From assembly GCA_964347715.1 (NCBI GenBank), contig CAYGAO010000014.1, positions 1-24,405 of the forward strand: a stretch of DNA of 24,405 nt, written 5' to 3'. Within the stretch, counting starts at the first letter, position 1. Each line of letters begins with the position of its first letter. Positions 1-7,996 of this stretch are shown here, one piece after another. The stretch is from an uncultured Acidobacteriota bacterium. Its GTDB lineage: Bacteria; Acidobacteriota; Vicinamibacteria; Marinacidobacterales; Marinacidobacteraceae. The notes below the pieces were generated by a model that was not told where the DNA came from, did not search any database, and was given only the letters and a program-made list of their open reading frames with translations. The position numbers and the translations under genes are program-made.

Positions 1-100
1 CGCCATCCGGTGGGGAAAGCGCCCCGCATCCGCCCGGACGACCGGGTTCCCCATCGCTTCGAGGACGGATTCCCATGCGGGGCGTCTTGTCCACAGGCTG
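1..100 (+). mobile_element. MITE/REP-like structured element, copy a (B half in + orientation; the A half, if present, lies outside the window)
   Basis: Roughly 85% identical to 6096..6196 and 22780..22874 (ccggtggggaaagcgccccgcatccg...gaggacggattcccatgcggggcg...ccacaggctg). Ends with TIR-like ...cacaggctg followed by ctgacg. Confidence 0.8.
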
Positions 101-2062
101 CTGACGCCCCGGGTTCCCCGCAGCGCGGTAGAGGCGGCGGGTCGCCGCCTCGATCAGCGGGGTGAAGCTCGCGTCCCCGATCGCCAGCAGCGCGGCGAGC
201 GCGGCTTCCCGGTTCCCGAGCCGTTCCTCGACGAGCGCGAGGTCGTAGCGGACCGCCGCGGAATCCACCTCCGACCCCGGACCGATCGCCCGGAGCGCGC
301 GCCGGAGCGCTTCCCGGGCGGCTTCCGGGTCGCCCGCCTCGAGAGCGGCGAGCCCCTCGCCGAGCGCGCGGGCCGCGGGTGACTCGGGCCCGCCGTCCAC
401 TCGCCGCCAGATCCACGGCGGGCCGGGCGACCCGGCGAGCTGGCTCTCCCGAACGACGACCGCTCCTCCCCGGACCGAGGCCGAACAGACCTCGGGCCCG
501 GACTCCCGGAAAACGCACCTCTCTCCGTCCTGCTCGCGGACGAACAGGAACCCGGCGTCGCCGACCGAGACGCCGACCGGCCGGCCGGGGTCCAGGCCGA
601 GCGCCCGGACCCGGCCCGCCTCGATCACCGCCCGAAGCGCGAAGCGGGAGCCGTCCTCCCCCTCGTATTCCCGCTGGAATCCCCAGGAGTCCTCGCCCGC
701 CGCCACCGGGATGCGGCCGTCCGGGACGGCGCGCGCGATCCCGGCATCGAGTTCCCGCGCCGCTGCGAGCAGCAGGTCCGGGAGGCGCGGGACGAGTTCG
801 TTCAGGAGGCGGAGCCGCGCCGCATCGCCGGGTCCGAGGCCCGCCGCCGCCCCGAGCAGTCGCGCCGCATCGTCCGGCGACTCCCGGAGAGCCGCCCGGA
901 CGCGCTGGTGCAGGCGCTCCTCGAGGTCGGCGAGCGGCTCGCCCCCGACCGCGAGCCGCCGGAGCGTCCCGATCAGCTCTTCCGGGGCCTCGGGGATCTC
1001 GACCAGCGGCCGGAGTCCGCCGGGGACGGGCGAGTCGTCGAGGAATCGGAACAGGCGACCCACGCTCCGCCGGACGGAGTCGCCCGGGGCGAGTTCGAGC
1101 CGCCACACCGAGAGCCCGGCGCGCGCGGCGAGCCAGAGCGTCTCCGCGCCCTCGCCCTCGTGAGGGAACGCCACCGCGTCCCGCCGGACGACATGTCCGA
1201 CCGGGCGGGGCGCGAGCGCCGAGCGCTCCGAGGCGGTCCGGGGCTCCCGCCGGAAGAGGCCGGCCCCGGTCAGCTGGGCGATCCGGGTGAGCAGCGGGAG
1301 GTCCGCATCCGCAGCGGCGGCGAGCAGGTCCACCGACCGGTCCCGGATCGCGATCTGGAGGTCGCCCACGACCTCGCCGCAGCGCGGGCAGCCGGCGGCG
1401 GGGAAGTAGAGGAGGAGCGCGCGCCCCTCGCCGAAGGCGCGCGCGCTCGACCAGGCGCCCCCCTCGACGGCGAGGGTGAGCGCCGGGAAGGCGCCGGGAC
1501 GGGCCGAGACTCCCGGGAGCGGCTGCGTCTCGAAGCGGAAGCGGTCCACCGCGGCGGCGAGCCCGCCTTCGGTGCGGAAGACGCTCGAGTCCCGCAGCAG
1601 ATCGAGGATTCCCGGATCCTCCCGGGACGCCCAGGCGCGCATCAGCGCATCCACCCGCTCGTCGAGCGGCAGCCCCGGCAGGTCGGCGAGGCGACGCCAG
1701 GTCCCGGCCGCGGGATCGAGATCGAGCGCCCGCCGGTACTCCGCCGCCGCTCCCGCGGGGTCGCCGTTCGCCGCCAGGGCGTCCCCGAGGGTGACCCGGT
1801 AGGCGGCGCGCCGCGTCCGGTACGCCGCCGCCGCCCCGCGCTCGATCTCGTCGAGGAGCAGTCTCCCCTCGGGCGCCTCGCCGCTCCAGGCCTCGGGCGA
1901 GAACTCCTCCGACCGGAGGATCGCGCGGAACGCGCTCTCGACGGCGTCTTCTCCCGCCTCGAGCCGCCGCTCGGCCTCCGCCTGTTCCGCGGCCCCCGGC
2001 GGCTGGGCCCGGGCGGGCGCGCCGAGCGCGACGAGGAGGAGGAGAGCGCCCCGGCGGATCAA
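1..2062 (-). CDS. Secreted protein with N-terminal signal peptide, TPR-like repeat region and thioredoxin-fold-like CxxC (CPRC) segment. It is partial: no minus-strand stop inside the window, so the 3' end lies beyond position 1 or inside MITE copy at 1..100
   Basis: Manual reverse-strand translation from TTG at 2062..2060 stays open for ~687 codons down to position 1 (no TTA/CTA/TCA in frame on the plus strand). N-terminus MIRRGALLLLVALGAPARAQP is signal-peptide-like, followed by TPR-like AEYRRALDLDP and ...LLLYFPAAGCPRCGEV. The TTG overlaps the aminotransferase stop as TTGA. Not in the ORF track because it has no stop in the window. Confidence 0.5.
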   Translation of the reverse strand, partial: MIRRGALLLLVALGAPARAQPPGAAEQAEAERRLEAGEDAVESAFRAILRSEEFSPEAWSGEAPEGRLLLDEIERGAAAAYRTRRAAYRVTLGDALAANGDPAGAAAEYRRALDLDPAAGTWRRLADLPGLPLDERVDALMRAWASREDPGILDLLRDSSVFRTEGGLAAAVDRFRFETQPLPGVSARPGAFPALTLAVEGGAWSSARAFGEGRALLLYFPAAGCPRCGEVVGDLQIAIRDRSVDLLAAAADADLPLLTRIAQLTGAGLFRREPRTASERSALAPRPVGHVVRRDAVAFPHEGEGAETLWLAARAGLSVWRLELAPGDSVRRSVGRLFRFLDDSPVPGGLRPLVEIPEAPEELIGTLRRLAVGGEPLADLEERLHQRVRAALRESPDDAARLLGAAAGLGPGDAARLRLLNELVPRLPDLLLAAARELDAGIARAVPDGRIPVAAGEDSWGFQREYEGEDGSRFALRAVIEAGRVRALGLDPGRPVGVSVGDAGFLFVREQDGERCVFRESGPEVCSASVRGGAVVVRESQLAGSPGPPWIWRRVDGGPESPAARALGEGLAALEAGDPEAAREALRRALRAIGPGSEVDSAAVRYDLALVEERLGNREAALAALLAIGDASFTPLIEAATRRLYRAAGNPGRQQPVDKTPRMGIRPRSDGEPGRPGGCGALSPPDG

Positions 2063-3234
2063 CGGAGGCGCCGGAGCCGTTCGACCGCCTCGACGAGGGT
2101 CTCGCGGGTCTTCGAGAAGGTGAACCGGAGCCGCTGCCGGCCCGCCGCCGGATCGGCGTAGAAGCTCGACCCCGGAACCGCCGCCACGCCGACCGTCTCG
2201 ACGAGCCACCGCGCGAAGGCGACATCGTCGGGAAACCCGAACCCCGAGATGTCCGTCATCACGAAGTAGGCCCCCTGGGGTTCGAAGCAGCGGAATCCGG
2301 CCTCCCGCAGGCCGGCGAGCAGCAGGTCGCGCCGTTCGGCGTAGCCCGCCCGCAGCTCCTCGTGGTAGGAGTCGGGCAGCCGGAGCGCGGCGGCTCCCGC
2401 CTCCTGGAGCGGAGCCGGCGCCCCCACGGTGAGGAAGTCGTGCACCTTCCGGATCCCGTCGGTGAGCTCGGGGTCCGCGATCGTCCACCCGACCCGCCAG
2501 CCGGTCACCGAATAGGACTTCGAGAGGCCGCTGATCGTGACCGTCCGCTCGGCCATCCCCGGCAGCGTGGCGATCGGCAGGTGCCGGGCGCCGTCGTAGG
2601 TGATGAACTCGTAGATCTCGTCGGTGACGACGAGGAGGTCGCGCTCGACGGCGAGCGCGGCGATCCGCTCGAGCTCGGCGCGGGTGAACACCTTGCCGCT
2701 CGGGTTGTTCGGGGTGTTCAGAACGATCGCCCGGGTGCGATCCGTGACCTGGGCCCGGAGCGTGTCCTCGTCGAGCGCCCAGTCGGGTTCGAGGAGCCGC
2801 ACATGGCGCGGTTCCGCCCCCGAGAGCACCGCGTCGGGGCCGTAGTTCTCGTAGAACGGCTCGAAGACGATGACCTCGTCGCCCGGGTCCACGAGCGCGA
2901 GCATCGTGGCGATCATCGCTTCCGTGGCCCCGCAGACCACCGTGAAGTGGAGCTCGGGGTCGAGCTCCATCCCGTAGCGCGAGCGGTAGTGCCAGGCGAG
3001 CGCCTCCCGGAGCGAGCGCGACCCCCAGGTGATCGCGTACTGGTTCTCGTCCCGCCGGATCGCCGCGATCGCGGCTTCCTTGACCGCCGCCGGAGCCGGA
3101 AAGTCCGGAAATCCCTGGGCCAGGTTCACCCCCCCGCGCTCCATCGAGAGCCGGGTCATCTCGCGGATGACGGACTCGGTGAAGCGCGACGCCTTCCGGC
3201 TCTGGCGCCCGCGCCGGGGCGCCGGGGCGCTCAC
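2059..3234 (-). CDS. Class I/II PLP-dependent aminotransferase (aspartate/methionine/kynurenine aminotransferase-like)
   Basis: C-terminal 391 aa of ORF 2059..5700(-) read SRFTESVIREMTRLS..GVNLAQGFPDFPAP..NTPNNPSGKVF..SGLSKSYSVTGWRVGW, the hallmark motifs of fold-type I aminotransferases. Start taken as GTG at 3234 overlapping the slt stop (GTGA); ATG candidates lie inside the conserved N-terminal region, so the exact start is uncertain. Confidence 0.85.
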   Translation of the reverse strand: MSAPAPRRGRQSRKASRFTESVIREMTRLSMERGGVNLAQGFPDFPAPAAVKEAAIAAIRRDENQYAITWGSRSLREALAWHYRSRYGMELDPELHFTVVCGATEAMIATMLALVDPGDEVIVFEPFYENYGPDAVLSGAEPRHVRLLEPDWALDEDTLRAQVTDRTRAIVLNTPNNPSGKVFTRAELERIAALAVERDLLVVTDEIYEFITYDGARHLPIATLPGMAERTVTISGLSKSYSVTGWRVGWTIADPELTDGIRKVHDFLTVGAPAPLQEAGAAALRLPDSYHEELRAGYAERRDLLLAGLREAGFRCFEPQGAYFVMTDISGFGFPDDVAFARWLVETVGVAAVPGSSFYADPAAGRQRLRFTFSKTRETLVEAVERLRRLR

Positions 3235-5471
3235 TCGGGGCCGGTGTCCTGGCCGAGCCCCGGATACAGCCGGCGGTAGAGCGCCTCGTTCCGCATCACG
3301 AGCTTCACATAGTTCCGGGTCTCGGTGAACGGGATCTCCTCGATGAACCGTTCCCGGGGAATCGTCAGGTCCCTCCCGGTCCAGGTCCGGACCCGGTGCG
3401 GCCCGGCGTTGTATCCGGCGAGCGCCAGTTCGGGGCGCTCCCCGAACTCGTCGAGCAGCTGGCGCAGGTAGCGGGTGCCGAAGCGGATGTTCGTCTCCGG
3501 GTCGTAGAGGCGGGCCAGGCGATACGGGACCCCTTCGAGCCGCGCCAGCGCCTGCCCGGTCGCCGGCATGACCTGCATGAGCCCCCGCGCCCCGACCGGG
3601 GACCGGGTCCTCGGGACGAACGCCGATTCCTGGCGGATCAGCGCCGCGACGAGGAAGGGATCGAGATCCCGGCGCTCCGAGAGTTCCTCGATCCGGTCCT
3701 CGTAGCGAAGCGGGAACACGAGCCGCCACCAGGCATCGGGAAGGGCCTCTCCCGCCACCGAGGTGAAGAACGGCGCCGAACGGCGAAGCGCCTGGATCGC
3801 GGGCACCGTCGAGTTCCGGCCGGAGAGCAGATATCCCCGCATCGCGTGGAAGGCGCCGTCGTCGGGGGCGCCCTGCCCCGCCGCCCGTCGGGTCGCCGCG
3901 AGCGCCCGCTCCGCGAACCGCGCGGCGTGGAGCTCCCGGATCCGGGCGGCCTCCTTCGTCCTCCGGATGCGAAAGCGGTCGAGCAGCAGCTCCGGCGCGG
4001 TCAGCGGGTTCTCGATGGTCTCCGGCCCCGCGATCTCGCGGAGGCGCTCCGCCGCCTCGCGGCCGTAGAACGAGTTCCGGTAGCCGAGGAACACTTCCCG
4101 GTAGCGGCGCGCCGCCGCCTCGGGATCGCCGGTCAGCTCGAGCGTCCGCCCGGCGAAGTAGAGGAACTGGCCCGCCATGAAGTCGCCGGGGTGCTCGCGG
4201 GCGACCTGCTCGAACGCGGCGGCGGTCCCTTCGAGCTCGCCGTTCCGGTAGCGGTCCCAGAGCACATGCCAGCGCGCGAAGAGGCCGTGCGGCCCGACTG
4301 GATGCGACTCGGCGATCCGGGCGAGGTAGGGGAGGGCGGCTTCCCGGTCGTTCACCGCGAGCCGGGCGCGGGCGAGGCTGTTGAGCGCCAGGTGGGCGAA
4401 GGGGTGCTCGGTCTCGAGCGCGAGGAGTTCCTCGAGCACCTGGCTCTGGGTGGTCCGCCGCCCGAGCCGCCGGAGCGACTCGCCCCGGTAGTAGAGCGCT
4501 TCCGGCAGGAGGTCCGGCCGCCGCACCCGGGCGAGGGTCCGGAGCGAGGCGCTGAGCCTTCCCCGATGGAACTCCGCGACCCCGATCCGGAGCCGGACGA
4601 GTTCGCCGTCGGCGGCCGACGCGAACCGGCGAGCGACTTCGAGATAGTTCTCGTGCGCGCGCCGGTGGTTCCCGGCGCGGGCGAAGCCGTTCGCCCGGCG
4701 CATCGCCTTCGGATACCGCTCGGCAGGCGTCGGCGCGACGACCTCGGGCCGGCGGTAGAGGCGGCTCAGGGTCTGCCCGGCGGGAAGCGACTGCCGGTGG
4801 GTCGGCATCTCGTAGTAGAGCGTCTCGAATCGCCGCGCGGCCTCTTCGAAGCGCCCCAGGCGCTCGAGCGTCGTGGCCGTCTCGAAGAGCGCGTCGCCCC
4901 GGAGTCCGGAGGCGGCCGCCCCGGCGACGGCGTCGAAGTGGACGAGCGCCGCTTCGTGGTCGCCCGCCGCGCTCCGGCGGCGTCCGAGTTCGAGCCGGAC
5001 CTCGTCGGTGCGCAGGTAGTCCGGGAACTCGTCGAGGACGCGTTCGAGCGCCGGTATCGCCTCGGACCGGGCGCGCGGCAGGCTCCCGCCCAGGAGGTGG
5101 AGCGCGTCGGCGGCGATCGCGCTCTCCCGGAAGTCGGGAGCGGTCAGGCGCCGGACTGCTTCGGTCCAGCGGCCCCGGCGGAGCGCGTTCGCTCCGAGCC
5201 GGAGCGACGCCGCGGCGCGGCTCCGGCCCGAGGCGCTCGGGTCGTCGGCGACCGCTTCGAGGGCGCGGCGTACTTCGTCCCGCGAGCCGCGCCCGGCGGC
5301 GTCCCGGACCCGGGCGAGGTCGGCGGGAAGGGTCTCGAGCGCCGCCCAGGGAAGCGGCGGCTCCGGCTCCTCGGGCGCTCGCGGGAGGGCGGGGGCGAGG
5401 AGCGCGAGGAAGAAGAATCCGACCAGCGCGCCGGGGATCGCCGGGAACCGCCTGGAGAGAAGCCGCCTCAT
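3231..5471 (-). CDS. slt: Soluble lytic murein transglycosylase (Slt70-like: signal peptide, superhelical TPR-like N-domain, C-terminal SLT domain)
   Basis: ORF 3231..5471(-) of 746 aa. N-terminus MRRLLSRRFPAIPGALVGFFFLALLAPALP is a signal peptide. C-terminal QESAFVP..SPVGARGLMQVMPATG..AGYNAGP is the SLT catalytic motif set. Confidence 0.85.
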   Translation of the reverse strand: MRRLLSRRFPAIPGALVGFFFLALLAPALPRAPEEPEPPLPWAALETLPADLARVRDAAGRGSRDEVRRALEAVADDPSASGRSRAAASLRLGANALRRGRWTEAVRRLTAPDFRESAIAADALHLLGGSLPRARSEAIPALERVLDEFPDYLRTDEVRLELGRRRSAAGDHEAALVHFDAVAGAAASGLRGDALFETATTLERLGRFEEAARRFETLYYEMPTHRQSLPAGQTLSRLYRRPEVVAPTPAERYPKAMRRANGFARAGNHRRAHENYLEVARRFASAADGELVRLRIGVAEFHRGRLSASLRTLARVRRPDLLPEALYYRGESLRRLGRRTTQSQVLEELLALETEHPFAHLALNSLARARLAVNDREAALPYLARIAESHPVGPHGLFARWHVLWDRYRNGELEGTAAAFEQVAREHPGDFMAGQFLYFAGRTLELTGDPEAAARRYREVFLGYRNSFYGREAAERLREIAGPETIENPLTAPELLLDRFRIRRTKEAARIRELHAARFAERALAATRRAAGQGAPDDGAFHAMRGYLLSGRNSTVPAIQALRRSAPFFTSVAGEALPDAWWRLVFPLRYEDRIEELSERRDLDPFLVAALIRQESAFVPRTRSPVGARGLMQVMPATGQALARLEGVPYRLARLYDPETNIRFGTRYLRQLLDEFGERPELALAGYNAGPHRVRTWTGRDLTIPRERFIEEIPFTETRNYVKLVMRNEALYRRLYPGLGQDTGPE

Positions 5472-5481
5472 CTGCTACAAT
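5453..5481 (+). promoter_or_regulatory. Putative sigma70-like promoter for tmRNA precursor (TGGAGA-17 bp-TACAAT)
   Basis: TGGAGA at 5453..5458, 17-bp spacer, TACAAT at 5476..5481, about 85 nt upstream of the mature tmRNA 5' end (tmRNA is processed from a precursor by RNase P). Overlaps the divergent slt start region. Confidence 0.25.
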
Positions 5482-5561
5482 CCTACCCGTTCGCGCGACG
5501 GTGGCGCAGGTCCGGCTCTCGCGCCGGATCGGTGGTTGCCGGAGATTCTCGCGCGAGAGGA

Positions 5562-5934
5562 GGGGGCGTACTGGGTTCGACGAAGGGACATGAAGCAGCG
5601 ACTGCATGCCGGGGTTCCATCTTCCGTAAACGGTGGAGAACACACAAAAGCCAACAACGAACTGGCACTGGCTGCTTGAAGCCACGTCCTTCCTGGCCAT
5701 GCCTGCCGGGACGGGAAAGGGCGTAGATCAGGCGGGCTCTGCTGGCGGCTCTCCCGCGCCGTCGGTGAGCATCAGGGATAGTTTCCGCGGCGCGATTCGC
5801 CGGGTCGATGCGCTACGGAAGCGAAACGGGGAAAGGCGCCCTCGGGCGCGGGTTCCCGCCACGACGCGGCTAAGCATGTAGAGGTCGTTGTCGAAGACTT
5901 TCGGACGCGGGTTCGATTCCCGCCGCCTCCACCA
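5562..5934 (+). ncRNA. ssrA: tmRNA (SsrA), one-piece, tag reading frame GCC AAC AAC GAA CTG GCA CTG GCT GCT TGA (ANNELALAA*) at 5650..5679
   Basis: 5' GGGGGCGUACUGGGUUCGACG and 3' GGACGCGGGUUCGAUUCCCGCCGCCUCCACCA with encoded CCA. The 7-bp acceptor stem pairs 5562..5568 with 5924..5930 (one G-U). T-arm GGUUCGAUUCC. Internal tag ORF ends in the canonical ALAA-stop. The 3' block GUAGAGGUCGUUGUCGAAGACUUUCGGACGCGGGUUCGAUUCC matches the E. coli tmRNA 3' domain almost base for base. Confidence 0.92.
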
Positions 5935-5941
5935 CTCTCTC

Positions 5942-5973
5942 GCCGCGCCCGTTCGGGCGCGCCGGGTCTTTTC
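5942..5973 (+). terminator. Rho-independent terminator of ssrA
   Basis: GC hairpin CGCGCCC-GTTC-GGGCGCG (5943..5961) followed by the U-tract TCTTTT (5967..5972), 8 nt after the tmRNA CCA end. Confidence 0.5.
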
Positions 5974-5991
5974 GTCCGGTCGAGGCCTGAC

Positions 5992-6196
5992 GAGCGGTGG
6001 AGAAAGCCCTCGTGTGCCGACGCGGCGCGAAGCACCGCCGGGGGGGTCTCCCTCCCCGCGAAAGCGGGCGGAACGGATCGCGTCAGCGATACGGGCCGCC
6101 ACCCGGTGGGGAAAGCGCCCCGCATCCGTCCGGACGACGGGGTTCCTCGTCTCTCCGAGGACGGATTCTCATGCGGGGCGTTCTATCCACCGGCTG
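5992..6196 (+). mobile_element. MITE/REP-like structured element, copy b (full A+B, + orientation), between the ssrA terminator and the OMP stop codon
   Basis: Left end gagcggtggagaaag, right end ctatccaccggctg (imperfect 16-bp terminal inverted repeats). Internal hairpins include a GAAA-tetraloop stem (ccgccccgcGAAAgcgggcgg) and a long imperfect palindrome in the B half. Flanked by ctgac(g) on both sides. Confidence 0.85.
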
Positions 6197-6204
6197 CTGA
6201 CGGG

Positions 6205-7161
6205 TCAGAACCGGTACTTCAGGTGCAGGCCGAAGCCGTAGAGAGTGCGTTCGTTCGTCTCGAGCGTGACGGTGACCGGATTGCTCCCGTCGAGCCGGTT
6301 GCTCGCCGGGGTATGGCTGCGCAGGCGATCGATGGGGCCGGTCGTGTCGCGGAAGCTCTCGGAGGCCGTCCGCCGACCGGCGACGCCGAGCGAGACCGAA
6401 TCGTTGAGTGCGAAATCCACGCCGACGAGCACCTGGTAGCCGAGCAGGCGCGACTCCAGCTCCGTCTGGTTCGTGCTGGTCGTCGAGGCGAGGTTCTGCT
6501 GGACGGTTCGCAGATCGTCGTGGCGGTCCTCCGGAAAGTACCGGGAGATCGAGGTGATGAGCGCCGGGTCGTCGTTTCGCACCCAGGAGAGGCCGTGGTC
6601 CAGGTTCGTGAAGCCGACGCCGACGCCGAGCCCGATCCAGGGGGTGGCGCGGCTCCGGTTTGTGAAGTCGTAGTACAGGTTCCCGAACAGGTTGCGCGAG
6701 GTGGCGCTCCCGATGCGGTCGTCGGCGGCCACGACCTCGCCGTCGAGCTTCGCAACGGCCACCCCGCCGCTGCTCTCGATCCCGGAGGTCTGGTTGTACA
6801 CAGACTCCCGGTAGAAGTACTCGATCTCGACCCGCAGCCGTTCCGAGCCGGGGAACCGGTAGCCGAGCGCTCCGCCGGCCAGGATGCCGCTCGCGCCATC
6901 GAAAGCGTTGGTCCAGGCCGTCTGCGGCGCGTCCGGGTCCCCGCAGAACGCCGGCATCAGGTCGGTGAACGGATTCAGGTGCTCGTCGCAGATGCTGCCG
7001 GGCGTGTTCGCCGCCGAGCCGCTCAGCTCGAGGGCGGACGAGGAGTTCGTCCCGAGTCCCTGGCGCAGATAGAAGCCGCCCCGGGACTGGGCGCGGCCCT
7101 CGCCGGGGGCGAGGGTGGAGAGCAGGGCGCCGAGCCCGACGAGCGCCGCGAGATGTCTCAT
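6205..7161 (-). CDS. Outer-membrane beta-barrel protein (porin/OMP-like), with signal peptide and C-terminal ...KYRF
   Basis: ORF 6205..7161(-) of 318 aa. MRHLAALVGLGALLSTLAPGEGRAQ is a signal peptide. Alternating hydrophobic/aromatic beta-strand pattern (LRVEIEYFY.., GYQVLVGVDFAL.., LYGFGLHLKYRF) with terminal Phe. The SD sequence AGGAGG lies 8 nt upstream of the ATG at 7161. Confidence 0.7.
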   Translation of the reverse strand: MRHLAALVGLGALLSTLAPGEGRAQSRGGFYLRQGLGTNSSSALELSGSAANTPGSICDEHLNPFTDLMPAFCGDPDAPQTAWTNAFDGASGILAGGALGYRFPGSERLRVEIEYFYRESVYNQTSGIESSGGVAVAKLDGEVVAADDRIGSATSRNLFGNLYYDFTNRSRATPWIGLGVGVGFTNLDHGLSWVRNDDPALITSISRYFPEDRHDDLRTVQQNLASTTSTNQTELESRLLGYQVLVGVDFALNDSVSLGVAGRRTASESFRDTTGPIDRLRSHTPASNRLDGSNPVTVTLETNERTLYGFGLHLKYRF

Positions 7162-7173
7162 TCCGGATCCTCC

Positions 7174-7760
7174 TGTTCGCCGCCCGGAGGAGCTCCGGGG
7201 GCGTCCCGGAATGTTGGCACGCCGGCGCGCCCCGCCGGGCTCGGGGGACGATCCTCACGGTTCCGGCGCTCGCCAGCGCATCGACCAGAGGAGTCCCGAG
7301 ACCGCGATCGTGACCGCGGGAACCAGCCTGCCCCGGGGGGCGGCGGATCGTTCCGGTGGCGCCTGCGGGCCTCCGGTGATTTCGGGATCGGTCCCGCGGG
7401 ACGAGGGTTGCTGACGGTGATGACCGATGTCGGCCAGGTGATTCGGCAACCCGGGTGAACCGGAAAGATCGCAATGGACCCGAATGGATCCGAATTGACC
7501 TGAATTAACCCGAATTAGCCCGAATTGACCTGATTTGGCCCGAATTAGCCTGAATTGACCCGAATTGACCTGATTTGGCCCGAATCGGTCCGTCATGGGT
7601 CCGAACGCGGCTCGGATCGGTGGATCCGCGCCCATCGCGCGCCTCGGCCGCGGCCGGACGGGGCGATCAGCCCCCTGGCCCGCAACCCTTCGAAAAGTTC
7701 GGCGGTCAACCGATCCTGCCAGCCCGTCACGGGTGGGTTCGCCGCCGAGGCGGGCGCTGG
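7174..7760 (+). repeat. Long direct repeat R1 (about 85-90% identical to R2 at 9305..9720). It contains the promoter/RBS-proximal region of the OMP gene, a phased 10-bp array, and a 3' fragment of an AlbA_2/HATPase_c_4-like gene
   Basis: Direct alignment: ctgttcgccgcccgg..gctccggg..gttggcacgccggcgcg..ctcgggggacga.cctcacgg.., then ..cgcctgcgggcctccggtgatttc..ggaaagatcgcaat + decamer array + tgggtccgaacgc..ggatccgcgccca..ggacggggcgatc.agccccctggcccgca. R2 lacks ~80 bp present in R1 (about 7285..7365). Confidence 0.8.
7474..7592 (+). repeat. Phased 10-bp tandem array, about 12 units, consensus GACCCGAATT (read in the other phase, TTGACC hexamers every 10 bp)
   Basis: ggacccgaat ggatccgaat tgacctgaat taacccgaat tagcccgaat tgacctgatt tggcccgaat tagcctgaat tgacccgaat tgacctgatt tggcccgaat cggtccg. 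Confidence 0.85.
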
Positions 7761-7826
7761 CGTCAGGTCGCACTGATCCAGCCCGATCGGGGCGTCGATC
7801 AGGCTGGCGCCGATGGGCTCGTCCAC
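7593..7826 (-). pseudogene. 3' fragment of an AlbA_2/HATPase_c_4-family gene (C-terminal ~45 codons), duplicated together with R1
   Basis: ORF 7593..7826(-) ends ..DRLTAELFEGLRARGLIAPSGRGRGARWARIHRSEPRSDP*, closely parallel to the C-terminus of the intact gene at 9590..11074 (..LRRLQKDLEALRARGSIAPSGRGRGATWARIRRADRRSDP..). Similarity is lost upstream of about 7760. Confidence 0.45.
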
Positions 7827-7996
7827 CGGCGCGGGGGAGGCGCCCCCGCGCGGCGCTTCAGTCAGGATACCGGGCGGGAAGCGGGCAGAGTGAACCGGGA
7901 GGGGCCAGCGCGGCGCGGCGGTTCCGGGCGGGAGGCGTCGTCGCTTCCCCGGCCGGCGAGTGGATCCCGACTCGGCGGGTGGCGGGGGAGGGGCTG

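Noticed and set aside
379-2161. Plus-strand ORFs 379..1290, 711..1163, 908..2161 and 1476..1802 (Arg/Pro/Gly-rich products)
   Set aside because: Low-complexity RPG-rich translations typical of antisense frames in 70% GC DNA. The minus strand carries a continuous ~687-codon protein-like frame through the same region.
2059-5700. 1213-aa ORF 2059..5700(-) presented as one protein
   Set aside because: Only the last ~391 aa (aminotransferase) are real. The rest is an out-of-frame shadow of the slt gene (3231..5471), and the read-through continues into the slt upstream region.
3396-5726. 776-aa plus-strand ORF and other plus ORFs (2362..3279, 3763..4068) antisense to slt/aminotransferase
   Set aside because: Shadow frames with no motifs. 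The opposite strand has clear SLT and aminotransferase signatures.
5562-5934. Integrase or att-site duplicate expected for a tmRNA-linked island
   Set aside because: No tyrosine-recombinase-like ORF was seen anywhere in 5934..12892, and I did not find a second copy of the ssrA 3' end by eye. The island interpretation is therefore kept as inference only.
6083-7474. ORFs 6083..7474(-), 6106..7458(+), 6219..6899(-) and 7255..7773(-) overlapping the OMP gene, MITE and R1
   Set aside because: They run through repeat elements and have low-complexity products. The OMP frame 6205..7161(-) has a signal peptide, beta-barrel pattern and SD sequence.
7441-7620. Possibility that the 10-bp arrays are a CRISPR array
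   Set aside because: The units are 10 bp with no intervening unique spacers and no cas genes. This is a simple phased tandem repeat.
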